Shown here one piece after another: positions 49,156-61,238 of a stretch of 64,000 nucleotides of DNA. The stretch covers positions 576,001 through 640,000 of the forward strand of contig CBDEFO010000008.1 in the NCBI GenBank assembly GCA_965237525.1, in the 5' to 3' direction. The position numbers were made by a program, and so were the translations under genes. Each line of letters starts with the position of its first letter. The first letter of the stretch is position 1. This DNA is from Candidatus Latescibacterota bacterium. Lineage in GTDB: Bacteria > Latescibacterota > CBDEFO01. Under the pieces are notes generated by a model. The model was not told where the DNA came from. It saw nothing but the letters and a program-made list of their open reading frames with translations, and ran no database searches.

Positions 49156-50736
49156 CTACTTTTTTGGTAGACCTTTAAAGAGATCTTGTAGCTCAAACTG
49201 TCCACTAAAGCTATCCAGCTTGCCTCTATCACATTCGTAGAGACGCCGACAGTGTCCCATGAGTCCTTCCCCGTCTGAAGACTCGATGAGGACCCTCACC
49301 TTTGCTGCGGTTCCGTGTCCGCTCGAAAGCACGCGAACCTTATAGTCCTCAAGATGAACCTGTTCAAGCTCAGGATAGAATCTGTAGAGAGCCTTTCTCA
49401 GAGCGCTATCCAGAGCATTTACAGGTCCATTTCCCTTTCCGACCGTATGTTCGTTTTCTCCACTCACAGATACCTCAACTATAGCTTCGGAGAAGAGCCG
49501 TCCGTCTTCGTCCTGTCTTACCACAGTGCGATAGCTTATCGTACGGAAAGGCTCCTGATAGCTGCCCATGATCTTTCTTGCACGTATTTCGAACGAAGCA
49601 TCGGCAGCTTCAAAGGCGTATCCCTGGTTTTCAAGTTGCTTCACATCAGCCAGGACCTTCCCGACGTCAGGGTCCTGCTTGCTGATCTGTGGTTTGATCC
49701 TTTGCAACTTACTTACCACAGTAGAGCCGCCCGACTGATCGGAGACTAGGAATCGCCGCTCATTGCCCACAGATTGGGGATCGACATGCTCGAAAGACCG
49801 CCTCACCTTCATAACCCCATCCACGTGCGCTCCTCCCTTGTGGGCAAAGGCGCTCTTCCCCACGTAGGGCTGTCTGTGATCGTGAAAGACGTTTGCCACT
49901 TCGCTTACATAGCGGGATACCTCCATCAGCTCAAACAGTTTCTCTCTCCCGATACATGCCAGATTCAGCTTGAGCTCGATACTTGGAATTACCGTGCAAA
50001 GATTCGCGTTCCCGCAGCGTTCACCGTAGCCGTTTATGGTTCCCTGAACCTGAAGGGCGCCCAACTGCACAGCGGCTATCGTGTTGGATTCTGCAGATCC
50101 AGCGTCGTTGTGAGTATGTATCCCGAAGGAAATCGAAGTGTGCTTTACGGTCTCTTTTATTATCATCTCGATATCTGAAGTGAGCATTCCCCCGTTGGTA
50201 TCGCACAAGATCAGAATATCCGCTCCTCCCGCCTCTGCTGCGATCAGAGTCTTAATTGCATAACGAGGATCTGCTCTATAGCCGTCGAAATAGTGCTCAG
50301 CGTCATAGATGACCTCTTTGCCCTTGTCTTTAAGATAACGCACCGAGTCCTCAATCAATATCAGATTCTCATCCAAAGTCGTCCTTAACACCTCTGTCAC
50401 GTGAAGGTCCCAACTCTTTCCGAAGATGGCTATGGCCTCGGTTTGGGCGTTTAAGAGAGTGTTCAATATCGCATCGTCTTCGGGCTTATTTGCCGTCCTC
50501 CTGGTAGAGCCGAATGCAGTGATCCTGGCGTTTTTGAACTTGTAATCCTTTGATCTTTCAAAGAAGGCCAGATCCTTCGGATTGGTGGGATTGGGCCAGC
50601 CACCCTCGATATAGTGGACTCCTAAAGAGTCCAGCCTTCGGGCGATAGAGATCTTATCCTCCCAAGAGAAATTGATTCCCTCGCCCTGAGCCCCATCTCT
50701 CAAAGTCGAGTCGAAAACTTCTACTTCTGCTTCCAA
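49156..50736 (-). CDS. cimA: Citramalate synthase, with +1 frameshift near the C-terminus
   Basis: DSTLRDGAQGEG, IEGGWP, YDAEHYFDG, HTHND, GERCGNANL, AHKGG; conserved tail TVGVSTNVIEASWIAL is in another frame after GACGGGG (~49270). Confidence 0.92.
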   Translation of the reverse strand: MEAEVEVFDSTLRDGAQGEGINFSWEDKISIARRLDSLGVHYIEGGWPNPTNPKDLAFFERSKDYKFKNARITAFGSTRRTANKPEDDAILNTLLNAQTEAIAIFGKSWDLHVTEVLRTTLDENLILIEDSVRYLKDKGKEVIYDAEHYFDGYRADPRYAIKTLIAAEAGGADILILCDTNGGMLTSDIEMIIKETVKHTSISFGIHTHNDAGSAESNTIAAVQLGALQVQGTINGYGERCGNANLCTVIPSIELKLNLACIGREKLFELMEVSRYVSEVANVFHDHRQPYVGKSAFAHKGGAHVDGVMKVRRSFEHVDPQSVGNERRFLVSDQSGGSTVVSKLQRIKPQISKQDPDVGKVLADVKQLENQGYAFEAADASFEIRARKIMGSYQEPFRTISYRTVVRQDEDGRLFSEAIVEVSVSGENEHTVGKGNGPVNALDSALRKALYRFYPELEQVHLEDYKVRVLSSGHGTAAKVRVLIESSDGEGLMGHCRRLYECDRGKLDSFSGQFELQDLFKGLPKK

Positions 50737-50793
50737 CGCAATACCTCCTGCACCTTTCGATCAATTTGCCCCTCGGGACCTTTCTTAGATATT

Positions 50794-51924
50794 CTACGCC
50801 TTGGCTACTGCCTCGGCCACAAGGTCGCCGACTTGACTTGTGGAATAGCCCATTTCCCCAGCCGACAGGCTCTTGAGTTTCGTACTCAACACCTCCACTA
50901 TAGCATTTTCGAGTATCCGGGATGCCTTTGATTCCCCTAAAACGTCCAGCATCATCTGGCACGCTGAGATCGCAGCCATAGGATTGATGATGCCCTGTCC
51001 CGTGTACTTGGGGGCCGATCCCCCTATAGGCTCAAACATGGAGACGCCCTCAGGGTTGATATTCCCACCTGCCGCTATACCCATACCGCCCTGTATCATG
51101 GCTCCAAGATCGGTTATGATGTCGCCGAACATATTGTCAGTGACTATCACGTCAAACCATTCAGGATTCTTGACCATCCACATGCAGGTGGCGTCCACGT
51201 GGGCGTATTCCCGCTTTACCTCGGGATAGTCCTTTGCTCCCACTTCGTGAAAGACGCGTTCCCAAAGATCAAAGGCGTACGTGAGCACATTGGTCTTGCC
51301 GCAGAGAGTTACGGTCTTTTCCTTTTCGCGCCTACCACACAGTTGGAAGGCGTATCGAATGCACCTTTCGACGCCTTTCCGCGTATTAATCGACTCCTGA
51401 ACGGCGATCTCATCTGGTGTGCCCTTCTTTACAAAGCCACCTGTACCAGTGTAGATCCCCTCCGTATTCTCTCTAACTACCACAAAATCTATATCCTCTG
51501 GACCCTTATCCTTTATGGGAGTCTCAACCCCTGGGTAGAGCTTAACCGGACGCAGATTGATGTACTGATCCAGTTCGAATCTGAGTCTTAAAAGGATGCC
51601 CTTTTCCAGGATGCCGGGTGCGACGTCGGGATGACCGATAGCACCTAAGTATATGGCGTCGAACTTTCTCAACTCTTCGACTGCAGAATCGGGAATGACC
51701 TCCCCGGTCCTTTTATACCTTTCCCCTCCGAAATCGAAAGTTGTAACTTCATATTTAAGGGCGGCCTTATCTGCTACAGCTTGCAGAGTCTTAAGCCCTT
51801 CAACCACTACTTCAGGACCCGTCCCATCGCCTGGTATTACGGCTATTTTGTACAATTTAGTCTCCATCTTAAATTGGTCGTCCAATTCATGCGCGTACAT
51901 CACTTGGCGCTTTGCTGCCTCCAC
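50794..51924 (-). CDS. leuB: 3-isopropylmalate dehydrogenase
   Basis: IPGDGTGPEV, NLRPV, VRENTEG, DNMFGDIITDLGA, FEPIGGSAP. Confidence 0.93.
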   Translation of the reverse strand: MEAAKRQVMYAHELDDQFKMETKLYKIAVIPGDGTGPEVVVEGLKTLQAVADKAALKYEVTTFDFGGERYKRTGEVIPDSAVEELRKFDAIYLGAIGHPDVAPGILEKGILLRLRFELDQYINLRPVKLYPGVETPIKDKGPEDIDFVVVRENTEGIYTGTGGFVKKGTPDEIAVQESINTRKGVERCIRYAFQLCGRREKEKTVTLCGKTNVLTYAFDLWERVFHEVGAKDYPEVKREYAHVDATCMWMVKNPEWFDVIVTDNMFGDIITDLGAMIQGGMGIAAGGNINPEGVSMFEPIGGSAPKYTGQGIINPMAAISACQMMLDVLGESKASRILENAIVEVLSTKLKSLSAGEMGYSTSQVGDLVAEAVAKA

Positions 51925-51956
51925 TTCATGCTCCCTAACAGAGCGCCACGGCGCCC

Positions 51957-52568
51957 CTACATTTTTCCTTCAAAAGCCTCTATTTCCTTTCTGTACTGCA
52001 GTGTCCAGCCGATCTCGTCGAGTCCTTCCAACAGACAGTATTTCTCAAAGGCGTCAATATCGAATGAATATGTTCTACCATCCATAAGTACTACCTCTTG
52101 ATTTTCTAGATCGACAGTAATCTTATAGCCGACCTGTCGCAGAACGTCCGCAAATATCCTGTCAACGAGAGAATCTGGAAGCACTATAGGTAGCATCCCG
52201 TTCTTATAGCAGTTTCCGCGAAAAATATCCGCAAATGAGGGCGCGATAATCACCGGGATTCCGAAATCCCCAAGCGCCCAGGGGGCATGCTCGCGGGAAC
52301 TGCCGCATCCGAAGTTCCTTCTTGCGATTAAGATACTGGCACCGTTGTATCTTTCCTGATTGAGCGGGAAATCGGGATTCAGCGTCCCATCCTCCAGATA
52401 GCGCCAATCGTGGAAAAGGTATTCTCCAAATCCCGTTCGCTCGATCCTCTTGAGGAACTGCTTGGGGATTATCTGATCCGTATCTACATCGACGCGATCT
52501 AACGGGACACAGAGCCCGACGTGTCCGTCCCCGATTGAACCTATCGGGGATTTGATAAAATTCCGCAT
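51957..52568 (-). CDS. leuD: 3-isopropylmalate dehydratase small subunit (with 9-aa palindrome-derived insert)
   Basis: [48 protein letters not shown]. Confidence 0.97.
   Translation of the reverse strand: MRNFIKSPIGSIGDGHVGLCVPLDRVDVDTDQIIPKQFLKRIERTGFGEYLFHDWRYLEDGTLNPDFPLNQERYNGASILIARRNFGCGSSREHAPWALGDFGIPVIIAPSFADIFRGNCYKNGMLPIVLPDSLVDRIFADVLRQVGYKITVDLENQEVVLMDGRTYSFDIDAFEKYCLLEGLDEIGWTLQYRKEIEAFEGKM
52528..52550. repeat. CCCCGAT-palindrome inside leuD coding sequence
   Basis: tccccgattgaacctatcgggga. Confidence 0.9.
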
Positions 52569-52579
52569 TATGACTCCTT

Positions 52580-53995
52580 TTATACCCACTTTCGAATATC
52601 CACAAAGTGACCTGCTATAGCTGCGGCTGCTGCCATCTGTGGGCTAACTAAATGTGTCCTGCCGCCTTTGCCCTGTCTGCCTTCGAAATTCCTGTTGGAC
52701 GTGCTGGCACATCTCTCTCCGGCACCAAGGACATCTGGATTCATCCCGAGACACATACTGCACCCAGACTCCCGCCATTCAAACCCTGCTTCCTTGAATA
52801 CCGTACCCAGTCCCTCGCATTCGGCCTCTCTCTTGACAGACTGCGAGCCGGGGACGACAAGTACTTGGACGTGATCCGCCACTTTACGCCCGTTGATAAC
52901 GGAGGCGGCCGCTCTCAGGTCACTGATCCGGGAGTTGGTGCAACTTCCGATGAAGACCTTATCAATCTTGATGTCGGTTATCCTCGTGTTCGGCTTCAGA
53001 TTCATATAGTCAAGTGTTCGAAGGGCGGCCTTTCGATCGTCCGAACTCGGCATCTTATCCGGATCAGGAACAACGTCGGTAACATCTACCACCATCCCTG
53101 GATTTGTCCCCCATGTCACCTGTGGTACAACGCTATTTGCGTTGAGCTGGAGCGTCGCGTCGTAGATTGCGTCTTCATCTGTCGCAAGTCTCTTCCATTC
53201 CTCTACAACGCGGTCAAAATCTTCGCCTTTGGGACAGAATGCACGTTCTGCAAGATATTCAAACGTAGTATCGTCTGGAGCGACCATCCCTGCCTTTGCC
53301 CCTGCTTCAATGGACATATTGCACACGGTCATCCGCTCCTCCATACTCATAGATCTAACCGCAGAGCCCGTGTACTCTATCACCTTTCCTGTCCCGCCAT
53401 TTATACCGATCTTCCCGATAATCGTCAATATGACATCTTTGGCGGTCACGCCCTTTGAGAGTTGGCCGTCAACTCTTATCTCAAACGTCTTTGGGCGATT
53501 CTGCAAGAGACATTGAGAAGCTAGAACGTGTTCGATCTCGCTGGTTCCTATGCCGAAGGCAAGCGCTCCGAAAGCCCCATGAGTAGATGTATGACTGTCG
53601 CCGCAAACAATAGTCTTGCCCGGCTGTGTAATCCCCAACTCGGGGCCGATAATATGAACGATCCCCTGGTTCGGGCTGTTAAGATCGTAAAGAGTAACTC
53701 CATACTCCTTGCAGTTTTGGGCCAGCGTTTCCATCTGTCTGTTTGCAATTTCGTCGAGGATAGGCAGCGATCTGTCCGTGGTCGGGACGTTGTGATCCAT
53801 CGTGGCAAAGGTCAAATCGGGGCGCCGGAGGATTCTGCCCGCCTGTCTCAATCCATCGAACGCCTGAGCTGAAGTGATCTCGTGAACCAGATGGACATCT
53901 ATATATAAGATGGTCGGCTCTCCACCGTGCTCTCGCACAACATGAGCGTCCCATACCTTCTGAAACATCGTCCTGCCGTTCATAGAGTTTCTCAC
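52580..53995 (-). CDS. leuC: 3-isopropylmalate dehydratase large subunit
   Basis: [48 protein letters not shown]. Confidence 0.98.
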   Translation of the reverse strand: MRNSMNGRTMFQKVWDAHVVREHGGEPTILYIDVHLVHEITSAQAFDGLRQAGRILRRPDLTFATMDHNVPTTDRSLPILDEIANRQMETLAQNCKEYGVTLYDLNSPNQGIVHIIGPELGITQPGKTIVCGDSHTSTHGAFGALAFGIGTSEIEHVLASQCLLQNRPKTFEIRVDGQLSKGVTAKDVILTIIGKIGINGGTGKVIEYTGSAVRSMSMEERMTVCNMSIEAGAKAGMVAPDDTTFEYLAERAFCPKGEDFDRVVEEWKRLATDEDAIYDATLQLNANSVVPQVTWGTNPGMVVDVTDVVPDPDKMPSSDDRKAALRTLDYMNLKPNTRITDIKIDKVFIGSCTNSRISDLRAAASVINGRKVADHVQVLVVPGSQSVKREAECEGLGTVFKEAGFEWRESGCSMCLGMNPDVLGAGERCASTSNRNFEGRQGKGGRTHLVSPQMAAAAAIAGHFVDIRKWV

Positions 53996-54011
53996 TGACT
54001 GGGACGAGTGG

Positions 54012-54033
54012 TCCCCGATTGAATCTATCGGGA
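54012..54033. repeat. CCCCGAT-palindrome upstream of leuC
   Basis: tccccgattgaatctatcggga. Confidence 0.88.
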
Positions 54034-54103
54034 ATCGCCCTACATTACACAGGGCTGGGTTAGGTGCCCTGTCTACTGTTTGCAGTCTACTGTCTATTTG
54101 TTT

Positions 54104-55678
54104 TCAGACTGTTGGCTCTATCCTATCTTCCTTCTGTTCCCTCTTTGCCACTAACTTGTTCAGGCCGTCAACGTATGCCTTTGCGCTGGCAAGGATCACG
54201 TCAGTGGAGACGCCCTTGCCAATAATGATTGTGCCGTCGTCCTTAAGCCTGACTATAGCCTCGCCCATAGCTTCTGTCCCGCTGGTGATGGCTCTAATGG
54301 AGTATTGCTCAAGCTCCACGTCCAGACCTGTAACCTTCCCGATTGCCTTGTAGGCAGCATCTACAGGGCCATCTCCGCAGGCCGCCTCTTGAACGACCTC
54401 CTGCCCATCTATCCTCATCCGGATCGTGGCTGTCGGAATAGCATCCGTCCCGCTCAAGGTATGCAGATACTGAAGCTGATACTTCTCCGGGACGTCCCTT
54501 ATCTCATCTTCGACTATGGCCTCCAGGTCCTCGTCGAAGACCTCCTTCTTTTTGTCAGCCACCTCTAGGAATCTCTCATACGCCCGTTCAAGCTCCTCAT
54601 CTGAGAGCTTATATCCCAGGGCCTCTATTCTGACCTTAAACCCGTGCCTGCCCGAATGTCGGCCGAGCACTATCTTGCTGGATTCGAGACCTATAGACTC
54701 CGGGGTCATGATCTCATAGGTCTCTCTCTTTTTGAGGACGCCATCCACGTGTATGCCGGACTCGTGAGCGAACGCGTTCGCTCCTACGATGGCTTTAGTG
54801 GGTTGAACGTGTATCCCGGTCAGATTGGACACAAGCCTGCTGGTCCTGTATATCTCCTCCGTCTTGATGCCGGTGTGCACGGCCGTTATGTCCCGGCGCG
54901 TCTTGATCGCCATTACGATCTCTTCCAACGAGGCGTTGCCAGCGCGTTCTCCCAAGCCATTTACCGTACATTCGACCTGTCTTGCCCCGTTGTTGACTGC
55001 CGCAAGTGAGTTGGCTACGGCGAGGCCCAAGTCGTTGTGGCAATGCACGCTTATTATGGCGTTGTCGATGTTGGGCACCCTGTCAAAGAGCACCTTTATC
55101 ATAGCCCCAAATTCCGCAGGCATGCAGTATCCTGTAGTATCAGGTATATTTACTGTCGTGGCTCCGGCGTCTATCGTAGCCTCGGCAACGCGGCAGAGAT
55201 AATCGGGATCTGTCCTTCCCGCGTCTTCGGGGGAAAACTCCACGTCCTTTGTATAGCTCTTCGCAAGCTTTACGGAGTCCACAGCCATCTGGAGGATCGT
55301 ATCCCTCTTCTCCTCCAGCGTTTCTCCGTACTTGTCGGAGCCGAATTTCCCCTTGATGTGGATGTCAGACGTGCCGATAAAGGTATGTATCCGGGGCTTT
55401 GGGGCGTCCTTTATAGCCTCCCAGACCCTGTCAATATCCAGCTTTACGGCCCTTGCCAGTCCTGCAATTATAGGACCTTCTACCTCCCTTGCTATTATCT
55501 CCACAGCCTCAAACTGAACCGGAGACGATACGGGGAAGCCCGCCTCGATGATGTCAATGTTGAGCCTGGCCAATTGATGAGCGATCTCTACTTTTTCGTG
55601 TATGTCCAGACTGGCGCCGGGCGATTGCTCACCGTCTCTCAAGGTGGTGTCAAATATTAATACCTTATCTTTATCCAT
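54104..55678 (-). CDS. leuA: 2-isopropylmalate synthase
   Basis: [35 protein letters not shown]-terminal regulatory domain. Confidence 0.98.
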   Translation of the reverse strand: MDKDKVLIFDTTLRDGEQSPGASLDIHEKVEIAHQLARLNIDIIEAGFPVSSPVQFEAVEIIAREVEGPIIAGLARAVKLDIDRVWEAIKDAPKPRIHTFIGTSDIHIKGKFGSDKYGETLEEKRDTILQMAVDSVKLAKSYTKDVEFSPEDAGRTDPDYLCRVAEATIDAGATTVNIPDTTGYCMPAEFGAMIKVLFDRVPNIDNAIISVHCHNDLGLAVANSLAAVNNGARQVECTVNGLGERAGNASLEEIVMAIKTRRDITAVHTGIKTEEIYRTSRLVSNLTGIHVQPTKAIVGANAFAHESGIHVDGVLKKRETYEIMTPESIGLESSKIVLGRHSGRHGFKVRIEALGYKLSDEELERAYERFLEVADKKKEVFDEDLEAIVEDEIRDVPEKYQLQYLHTLSGTDAIPTATIRMRIDGQEVVQEAACGDGPVDAAYKAIGKVTGLDVELEQYSIRAITSGTEAMGEAIVRLKDDGTIIIGKGVSTDVILASAKAYVDGLNKLVAKREQKEDRIEPTV

Positions 55679-55683
55679 CCTTT

Positions 55684-55809
55684 TTACTCCCCTGCATCCG
55701 CCGGAGTGGAGGTTTCAAAAGCAGATGGAACCCTCCGGCGATCTGGCTTCATCTGCTCAAGTAGACATAGTTCATCTTCGTCTTTCAAACCGCTAAGGTT
55801 GGATTCCAT
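55684..55809 (-). CDS. Putative 41-aa small ORF upstream of leuA
   Basis: Perfect SD AAGGAGGTGA 5 nt before ATG; stop 5 nt before leuA ATG. Confidence 0.4.
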   Translation of the reverse strand: MESNLSGLKDEDELCLLEQMKPDRRRVPSAFETSTPADAGE

Positions 55810-55862
55810 CTCTTTCACCTCCTTCGGATGCTGACAAGATATTTTCTATATCGATTTTTCGA

Positions 55863-56420
55863 TTAGCCACTTCTTTCCACCTGATTCCATTCATGCTCAA
55901 GCATAGCATATAGAAAGGAGTCGCGCCATCTTCCCTTTTCGTAACTGTCCTCTCGGAGATGCCCCTCCTGCCGCATTCCAATTTTCTCTAAGACTTTCGC
56001 CGACGCAACGCTTTCTGTGTCGCACGTGGCAAAGATCCTATGTAAGCCCAACTGCTCGAAACCGAAAGCAAGAATCGTCTCCCCAGCCTCAGTTGCGTAT
56101 TCCCGTCCCCAGAAGTGCCGACTATAGCAGTATCCGATCGATCCTTCCAGATGGCCTTCCACAGAAATACCACATCCACCTATAAGCCGATCCTCTTCCT
56201 TCAGGACAACTGCCAACTCAAAGTGCCTCCGGGGTTCAGCCCGTTGATGTGTGATCACCCTCTGGATGAAATCACTCGTATCCTCTTCGCTGTCGGGTCC
56301 CCATTCCATGTAGCGAACCACCTCAGGATCAGAGGCGTAGGTATGTACCGATTCCCAATCGGCTTCCTCAAAGTCTCGAAGTATAAGACGCTCCGTTCGC
56401 AATGGCAGATTAATGATCAT
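55863..56420 (-). CDS. GNAT N-acetyltransferase (RimJ/RimL type)
   Basis: TERLILR, IGY...WGREYATEA, LHRIFA, S.KVLEKIGMRQEG. Confidence 0.92.
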   Translation of the reverse strand: MIINLPLRTERLILRDFEEADWESVHTYASDPEVVRYMEWGPDSEEDTSDFIQRVITHQRAEPRRHFELAVVLKEEDRLIGGCGISVEGHLEGSIGYCYSRHFWGREYATEAGETILAFGFEQLGLHRIFATCDTESVASAKVLEKIGMRQEGHLREDSYEKGRWRDSFLYAMLEHEWNQVERSG

Positions 56421-56435
56421 CCTCTATGCTTTCTG

Positions 56436-56472
56436 CTTCTCCAGCCAACTCATCATACCTCTCAATTTCTTT
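56436..56472 (-). repeat. Duplicate of the ilvC 3' end (direct repeat with 57644-57680)
   Basis: 35/37 nt identical; both encode KKLRGMMSWLEK. Confidence 0.9.
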
Positions 56473-56522
56473 GCGACCTGTTCCATTAAAGGATCAAAAA
56501 CGCCACAATCTTATCAGTTTGA

Positions 56523-57554
56523 TCATTCAAGTTTTTTCCTGGCTTCTATTTTCTCACGCCCTTTTCCACGGTTCACTGCAAAGCAGTACCCACAATCACT
56601 ACATTGCATGGCGCTTATTCCTGAGGGCAATGGATTTGCAAAAACCGTGCGGCCCTCAGCGAAATCGAGTGTCCCCATTCCACAAACTGGGCAGAATTCC
56701 GTTGTCAGTTCTAGTGGAGGATATCCCCGAGCAATCACGAGGCGAATTATGGTGCAATCACCGAGTGCTTCTTTAGCGTCTTTCCAACGATCAACGGGTT
56801 TGTGGCGAATTGTTTTCTCAAAGATATGATGCAGGTGCCAGGTCTGTGGGTGGTCTGGAAAAATTGATTCCATAGATTTTGCGTTGAACACTGGTGATTC
56901 CCTAGCGAGAGCCATTAAGTTCGTGATTGCCGACCAAAGGATCTTCCCAGCAGAATAAAGATCTGAAGAACTTGATATTTCACCTTCTGCGCCTGGCTCG
57001 CATTCAGGTGCCAAGTAATAAGGGGTTCCTACACCTTCGTCGGTCAACGTTATTCGTGTGGCTTCTTCAATTTGACATATTCCGAAATCTATCACTTTGA
57101 TTGATTCATCTGGCACTATCAGAATATTAGCTGGACTTAGATCACGATGTACAATCCCTATAGCTTCACACTCACGAATAACTTCAACAATCTGAGTAAA
57201 CAAATCTAAAGATTTCAATACATTTCCATAATAAGGATTTTCATCTATCTCCATCAGTTTTTTCAAGGACCTAGCCCCTTCAACGAGTTCCATTACGTAA
57301 TAATTGAAATCATCGTCGATTTCGGAGTGATCTAATATCTTAGCTATGAAGGGATGATCTAGGTTCTTAATTGCATGTATTTCTCTGTGGAATCTCTCAA
57401 ATGCCTTCTGAGGTTTGTTCTTCGACAAAACCTTCATCGCATACTTCCTCTTGTCTTTTTCCGTTTTGTCTTCCACCTCAAGAACCTTTCCTTGCCCACC
57501 TTCACCGAGAGTTATTCCTCTGAATTCCCATTTAAGGTTGTCAGGTATTTTCAT
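56523..57554 (-). CDS. Ser/Thr protein kinase with C-terminal Zn ribbon
   Basis: LGEGGQGKV, AMK, HRDLSPANIL, DFG, GTPYYLAPE, DLYSAG; CPVC...CSDC. Confidence 0.92.
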   Translation of the reverse strand: MKIPDNLKWEFRGITLGEGGQGKVLEVEDKTEKDKRKYAMKVLSKNKPQKAFERFHREIHAIKNLDHPFIAKILDHSEIDDDFNYYVMELVEGARSLKKLMEIDENPYYGNVLKSLDLFTQIVEVIRECEAIGIVHRDLSPANILIVPDESIKVIDFGICQIEEATRITLTDEGVGTPYYLAPECEPGAEGEISSSSDLYSAGKILWSAITNLMALARESPVFNAKSMESIFPDHPQTWHLHHIFEKTIRHKPVDRWKDAKEALGDCTIIRLVIARGYPPLELTTEFCPVCGMGTLDFAEGRTVFANPLPSGISAMQCSDCGYCFAVNRGKGREKIEARKKLE

Positions 57555-57704
57555 TTTTCGTTTTGACTGATATCTCCTAAAACGGCAGTTGTACTAGCCG
57601 TTTGGGCAGTACAAAAGCACCGCCCTATCTTCCATACCCTCTACTTCTCCAGCCAGCTCATCATACCCCTCAATTTCTTTCCTACCACCTCTATCTGATG
57701 TTCC

Positions 57705-58694
<990 letters not shown>

Positions 58695-58698
58695 TTAT

Positions 58699-59190
58699 TC
58701 AGGTTTTGCCCCTGTACTCTCTGGCAAGAGCGACTTTACCTGTGCGGGCTATCTCTTTTACGCCGAAGGGCTTAAGCATGCTAATTATGGCGTCGACCTT
58801 ATCCACCGAGCCGGTGGCCTCCACCGTAAGAGTACTCGGACTTATATCTATTATTTTGGCGCGAAATACATCCACAATCTCCATAATCTCAGATCTGGAA
58901 CTCCTACCAGCCTTCAATTTCACCAGAGCCAGCTCGCGTTCTACAAAGTTCTCGTTGGTAAGGTCCACAACTTTAATGACATCAATTAATCTATTAAGCT
59001 GTTTGGTGACCTGTTCCAATGTCCTATCGTCTCCGTTGACGACGATAGTCATCCTTGAGACGGTGGGATCGTCTGTCTCCCCCACAGAGAGACTGTCAAT
59101 GTTGAAGCCCCTTCCGGCAAAGAGCCCGGAGATGTGACTTAAAACACCTGCCTTATTCTCTACCAGAACCGAGATAGTATGATTCTTCAT
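58699..59190 (-). CDS. ilvN: Acetolactate synthase small subunit
   Basis: VENKAGVL...F.GRGFNIDSL, ERELALVK, EIARTG. Confidence 0.96.
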   Translation of the reverse strand: MKNHTISVLVENKAGVLSHISGLFAGRGFNIDSLSVGETDDPTVSRMTIVVNGDDRTLEQVTKQLNRLIDVIKVVDLTNENFVERELALVKLKAGRSSRSEIMEIVDVFRAKIIDISPSTLTVEATGSVDKVDAIISMLKPFGVKEIARTGKVALAREYRGKT

Positions 59191-59245
59191 GGATAACTCT
59201 CACTTAAAATAGTACATGACAACAAGTAGGCGACGCAGTCTAAGC

Positions 59246-59309
59246 GAGATTGCTTCCCCCCACCCCCCGATAGAGTCAATCGGGGCTTCAATCGGAGACT
59301 CGCAATGAC
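59246..59309. repeat. REP-like GAGATTGCTTC...CTCGCAATGAC half-element containing nested CCCCGAT-palindromes
   Basis: Inner ccccgatagagtcaatcgggg (59265-59285) plus outer ttcaatcggag. Confidence 0.85.
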
Positions 59310-59362
59310 GGTTTAGGGAGGAGAGGCGGTCCCCCCTGTCTACTGTTTGCTGTCTACAGCTT

Positions 59363-61081
59363 TCACGCCATTCCGTCCACCATGTGATCTAACTTGTCCT
59401 TTGTGACCAATCCGCCGACCATCTCATGTATCGCCTTTCCCGCAGGGACCATGGGATAGACATTTTCCATCTGATCCACGATGAAGTCAACGACCACGGG
59501 ACCGTCCATAGAGAGGGCCTGTTGGATTAGGGGTCTAACCTCACTCGGCTTTGTGGCTCTTATACCCGGTATGCCGTAGGCTTCTGCCAGCTTCACAAAG
59601 TCGGGAGACACTCCTAAATACGTGGCCGAATACCTGTTCTCGAAGAACAACTCCTGCCACTGTCTGACCATGCCCAAATACAGGTTATTGATGATGAATG
59701 CCTTAATCGGCATCCTGTTTTCGGATATAGTTGCAAGTTCCTGCGAGTTCATAACGAAACTACCGTCGCCCGAAAGATTAATAATAGTATGGTCGGGCTT
59801 TGCGTAGTATGCCCCCATACAGGCTGGAAGTCCGAAGCCCATTGTCCCCAGACCCCCAGAAGTTATGTGCGTCCTGCACTTTGTGAACTTATAATACTGA
59901 GCCGTCCACATTTGATGCTGTCCCACATCGGTGATTACTATGGTTTTATCTTTATCGCAGAGGTCATCCATCTGGTCTATGACGTATTGCGGCTTTATGA
60001 CCTCGTCGCTTTGATCATATATCAGCGGGAACTCCGACTTCCAGGCATCTATCTTATCGTTCCACCCGTTTCTTTCCTTGGGCTTCAATAGCTTATTAAG
60101 TTCCCTCAATATCTTCTTGGCGTCCCCGACAACAGGTATATCCACCTTAACGTTCTTACTTATCGCGGCAGGGTCTATGTCTATGTGTATGACCTTAGCC
60201 TGCGGGGCAAAGGCGTCCAACTTGCCCGTAACCCTGTCGTCGAACCTGACTCCCACAGATATGATAAGCTCGCACTCCTGGAAGGACATATTGGCACACC
60301 TTGTCCCGTGCATCCCGGGCATCCCCACAAAAAGAGAATGATCTCCCGGGAAAGCGCCTAGTCCCATAAGAGTAGTGGTTACAGGAGCCTTTATCTTCTC
60401 TGCTAATTGGCGCACTTCATCTGCCGCATCCGAGGCGATTATCCCGCCGCCCACGTAAAGGTAACAGGCGTTTGCCTCCATTATCATCTGGGCCGCTTTT
60501 TCTATCTGTCTGGAATGCCCCTGTGTGGTGGGCTTGTAGCCCCTTATGTTTATCTTTTCTGGCCACACAAACTCCGTCTTTGCCATTATTACGTCTTTGG
60601 GAATATCTATCAAGACAGGACCGGGTCTGCCTGTCGCAGCGATATGGAAAGCCTCCCTCACTACTCTTGCTACATCTTTAAAACCTTTAACAAGAAAGAC
60701 GTGTTTTGAAACAGGTCTGGCCACCCCCGTCGTGTCAGCCTCCTGAAACGCATCGCTGCCTATCGCAAAGGTGGGTACCTGACCCGTAATGACCACCATA
60801 GGTGAAGAGTCCATCTGGGACGTAGCCAGTCCCGTCACGGTATTTGTAGCAGCAGGCCCCGAAGTTACCAAACAGACTCCCGGCTTGCCAGTAGCCCTTC
60901 CGTAGCCATCTGCCGCGTGAGCCGCGCCCTGCTCGTGCCTTGTCAGTACGACCTTAATATCATCCTGTTTGTAAAGGTCGTCGAAGACGGGAATGACCAC
61001 ACCGCCGGGAATACCGAATATAACCTCCACACCCTCTCTTTTGAGGGATTCTATGAGTATCTGAGAGCCTGTCATCTCCAT
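59363..61081 (-). CDS. ilvB: Acetolactate synthase large subunit
   Basis: RHEQGAAHAADGY, TSGP, FQEAD, RFDDRVTG, DVGQHQMW, GDGSF, NN.YLGMVRQWQ. Confidence 0.98.
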   Translation of the reverse strand: MEMTGSQILIESLKREGVEVIFGIPGGVVIPVFDDLYKQDDIKVVLTRHEQGAAHAADGYGRATGKPGVCLVTSGPAATNTVTGLATSQMDSSPMVVITGQVPTFAIGSDAFQEADTTGVARPVSKHVFLVKGFKDVARVVREAFHIAATGRPGPVLIDIPKDVIMAKTEFVWPEKINIRGYKPTTQGHSRQIEKAAQMIMEANACYLYVGGGIIASDAADEVRQLAEKIKAPVTTTLMGLGAFPGDHSLFVGMPGMHGTRCANMSFQECELIISVGVRFDDRVTGKLDAFAPQAKVIHIDIDPAAISKNVKVDIPVVGDAKKILRELNKLLKPKERNGWNDKIDAWKSEFPLIYDQSDEVIKPQYVIDQMDDLCDKDKTIVITDVGQHQMWTAQYYKFTKCRTHITSGGLGTMGFGLPACMGAYYAKPDHTIINLSGDGSFVMNSQELATISENRMPIKAFIINNLYLGMVRQWQELFFENRYSATYLGVSPDFVKLAEAYGIPGIRATKPSEVRPLIQQALSMDGPVVVDFIVDQMENVYPMVPAGKAIHEMVGGLVTKDKLDHMVDGMA

Positions 61082-61238
61082 AATTCATCACCTCTTTGTT
61101 GTTTATTGGGTTCTTTAATCAAGTTTCTTAAAGGTCTTTTTTCCAGAAATAAATATAAGAATGCCACTTACCTTTGAATTCCTTTCAGAGGCTCAAGTCC
61201 TTAAGTCAGTATTTTGTTTTCAAAGGGGGAATTAAGAC

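Noticed and set aside
46779..55660. Long antisense ORFs (e.g. 46779-47627, 52652-53458, 55037-55660, also 19328-20089)
   Set aside because: Shadow frames opposite well-supported genes, with no motifs or RBS.
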